Source of the DNA: a virus
Lineage: Duplodnaviria; Heunggongvirae; Uroviricota; Caudoviricetes
Reading direction: 5' to 3' (one strand)
Length of the DNA stretch: 64,000 nucleotides
IMG/VR virus record: IMGVR_UViG_3300032225_001769
Span: 76,612 to 140,611 of that record
The notes below the pieces were generated by a model. That model was given only the letters and a program-made list of their open reading frames with translations. It ran no database searches and was not told where the DNA came from. Below are positions 63,045 to 64,000 of the stretch, in pieces; within the stretch, counting starts at the first letter, position 1, and the number at the start of each line of letters is the position of its first letter. The position numbers were made by a program, and so were the translations under genes.

Positions 63045-64000
63045 TAATCACATCCACATACTGGACTGAAAATTCCATTGTGTTTCCAGTTGCTTGATTC
63101 ACACTAGCATAATGAATTTGAATATTAGTACCAGCATATCTAACATCAAAAGCAGATCCGCCAGGACTGTAAAAACCTATTCCACCATCTGCTGGATCTA
63201 AATATTCGATTTGTTTTTCAAAAGGGCCACCATTTATATTATCACTCACAACACCTGTCGCTGACGGGTGAGTATGCCCAGGATCATAAGGAAGGTGATT
63301 GTGATTCACAAGCGGTACTGTCCTATTGGTAAATACGCTCGTAAAATCATAAGTACCACCAGAACCGCCACCAGTTCCCGATACAACTCTCAGTGCTTTA
63401 TTGTTATGATCAGTTACCTGCGTCCACCCCACTGGAGCAGATGCTTGGCAGAAGAGCATTCTAGTTCCCGATGGTATTACTGAATTATAGGTGCCACTAA
63501 TAGTACCATTTACAGTCAAATTACCATTGACAGTTAATCCCGCTGCTGTAAATAGTGCCCAAGTGGTATAAGGATTGGGCGATTGTATATAAAGCCCCCC
63601 ACCAATAGTTGGAACTCTAACTGCCGAATTTGTACCATCACCGTAAAATCCGGTAGTAACCCCGTAACCAAGATTTACTCCATTTACTGTTATTGCATTA
63701 CTTCCGTCAAAGGTAAAATTTGGAGAAGTAGTGGCAACATTTGATGAGTTCTTATAAAGAACTCCATTGGCAGATCCAGTATTATTCAATACTGCTGTTC
63801 CTGCTGCTGTTCCCGCTGTTGCACCCGCTGTTGCACCCGCTGTTGCACCCGCTGTTGCTGCATTTGCTGCAGATGCTGATGCTGCGGAAGCAGAGTTTGC
63901 TGCATTTGTTGCAGAAGTTCCTGCTTGACCGGCAGAAGTTCCTGCTGCGGAAGCAGAGTTTGCTGCATTTGTTGCAGAAATTCCTGCTGCGGAAGCAGAG
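63028..64000 (-). CDS. fibre protein with phage tail-collar domain preceded by Ala/Ser/Thr/Gly-rich linker; 3' part of a gene that continues past window end
   Basis: frame of track ORF 63028..63789 (TTG 'start') stays open upstream to 64000 (...SASAAGISATNAANSASAAGTSAGQAGTSATNAANSASAA..ATAGATAGATAGATAGTAAGTAVLNNTGSANG...); collar pattern ..GWTQVTDHNNKALRVVSGTGGGSGGTYDF..HNHLPYDPGHTHP. Confidence 0.6.
   Translation of the reverse strand, partial: SASAAGISATNAANSASAAGTSAGQAGTSATNAANSASAASASAANAATAGATAGATAGATAGTAAGTAVLNNTGSANGVLYKNSSNVATTSPNFTFDGSNAITVNGVNLGYGVTTGFYGDGTNSAVRVPTIGGGLYIQSPNPYTTWALFTAAGLTVNGNLTVNGTISGTYNSVIPSGTRMLFCQASAPVGWTQVTDHNNKALRVVSGTGGGSGGTYDFTSVFTNRTVPLVNHNHLPYDPGHTHPSATGVVSDNINGGPFEKQIEYLDPADGGIGFYSPGGSAFDVRYAGTNIQIHYASVNQATGNTMEFSVQYVDVIIASKN
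63880..64000. repeat. 42-nt tandem repeat (TGCGGAAGCAGAGTTTGCTGCATTTGTTGCAGAARTTCCTGC) encoding AGTSATNAANSASA units
   Basis: ~2.5 copies visible before window end. Confidence 0.6.

Noticed and set aside
63786-63968. Gln-rich 60-aa ORF (QQRVQQRV...) apparently coupled to the collar-domain gene
   Set aside because: It is an alternative frame of the 42-nt Ala-rich tandem repeat. The Ala/Ser/Thr frame is open, contiguous with the collar-domain ORF, and fits a fibre protein.

Overview
This 64-kb window looks like part of a T4-like myovirus genome, probably a cyanophage. That identity is inferred from gene content, not from any search. It rests on an adjacent gp25/gp6 baseplate-wedge pair, an S-adenosylmethionine decarboxylase gene (speD), fibre proteins with phage tail-collar domains, a Tfa-type fibre assembly chaperone, RnlA and Pnk, GIY-YIG and HNH homing endonucleases, and NATAAATA late-promoter motifs. 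A pentapeptide-repeat protein, a PBS-lyase-type HEAT-repeat protein and ClpS point to a cyanobacterial host. Nearly all genes are on the minus strand and tightly packed, often with ATGA or TAATG overlaps. Late structural modules sit at both ends (1-5.6 kb and 53.5-64 kb). Between them is a ~45-kb hyperplastic region of about 110 mostly small ORFs, built from more than 40 modular cassettes. Each cassette is delimited by a conserved ~22-bp dyad box, GTG[A/C]CAGTT-N-CTG[G/T]CAC, that overlaps or supplies the upstream stop codon. The box is followed by a variable hairpin and a sigma70-like -10 hexamer (TATAAT, TATGAT or TATACT) about 30 nt before the next ATG. The elements fall into three subfamilies and resemble the PeSL 'mobile regulatory cassettes' of T4-type phages. 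Embedded in the array are an RNA repair and tRNA maturation toolkit (RnlA, a split Pnk, an Rnl2-like ligase, a CCA-adding enzyme and two CCA-less tRNAs) and candidate anti-defence or host-takeover genes. Those candidates include the pentapeptide-repeat protein, ClpS, a GNAT, a SprT-like protease, an SPFH + prepilin-like membrane cluster and acidic small proteins. There are also four homing endonucleases, GC-rich islands carrying paralogous genes, and an origin-like region with iterons, DnaA-box-like repeats and a sigma70 promoter. Many real ORFs are shorter than 60 aa and are absent from the ORF track. Several track N-termini (MPYDYKVNQR, ..KSTTxDRPM..) are read-through of the conserved leader DNA.
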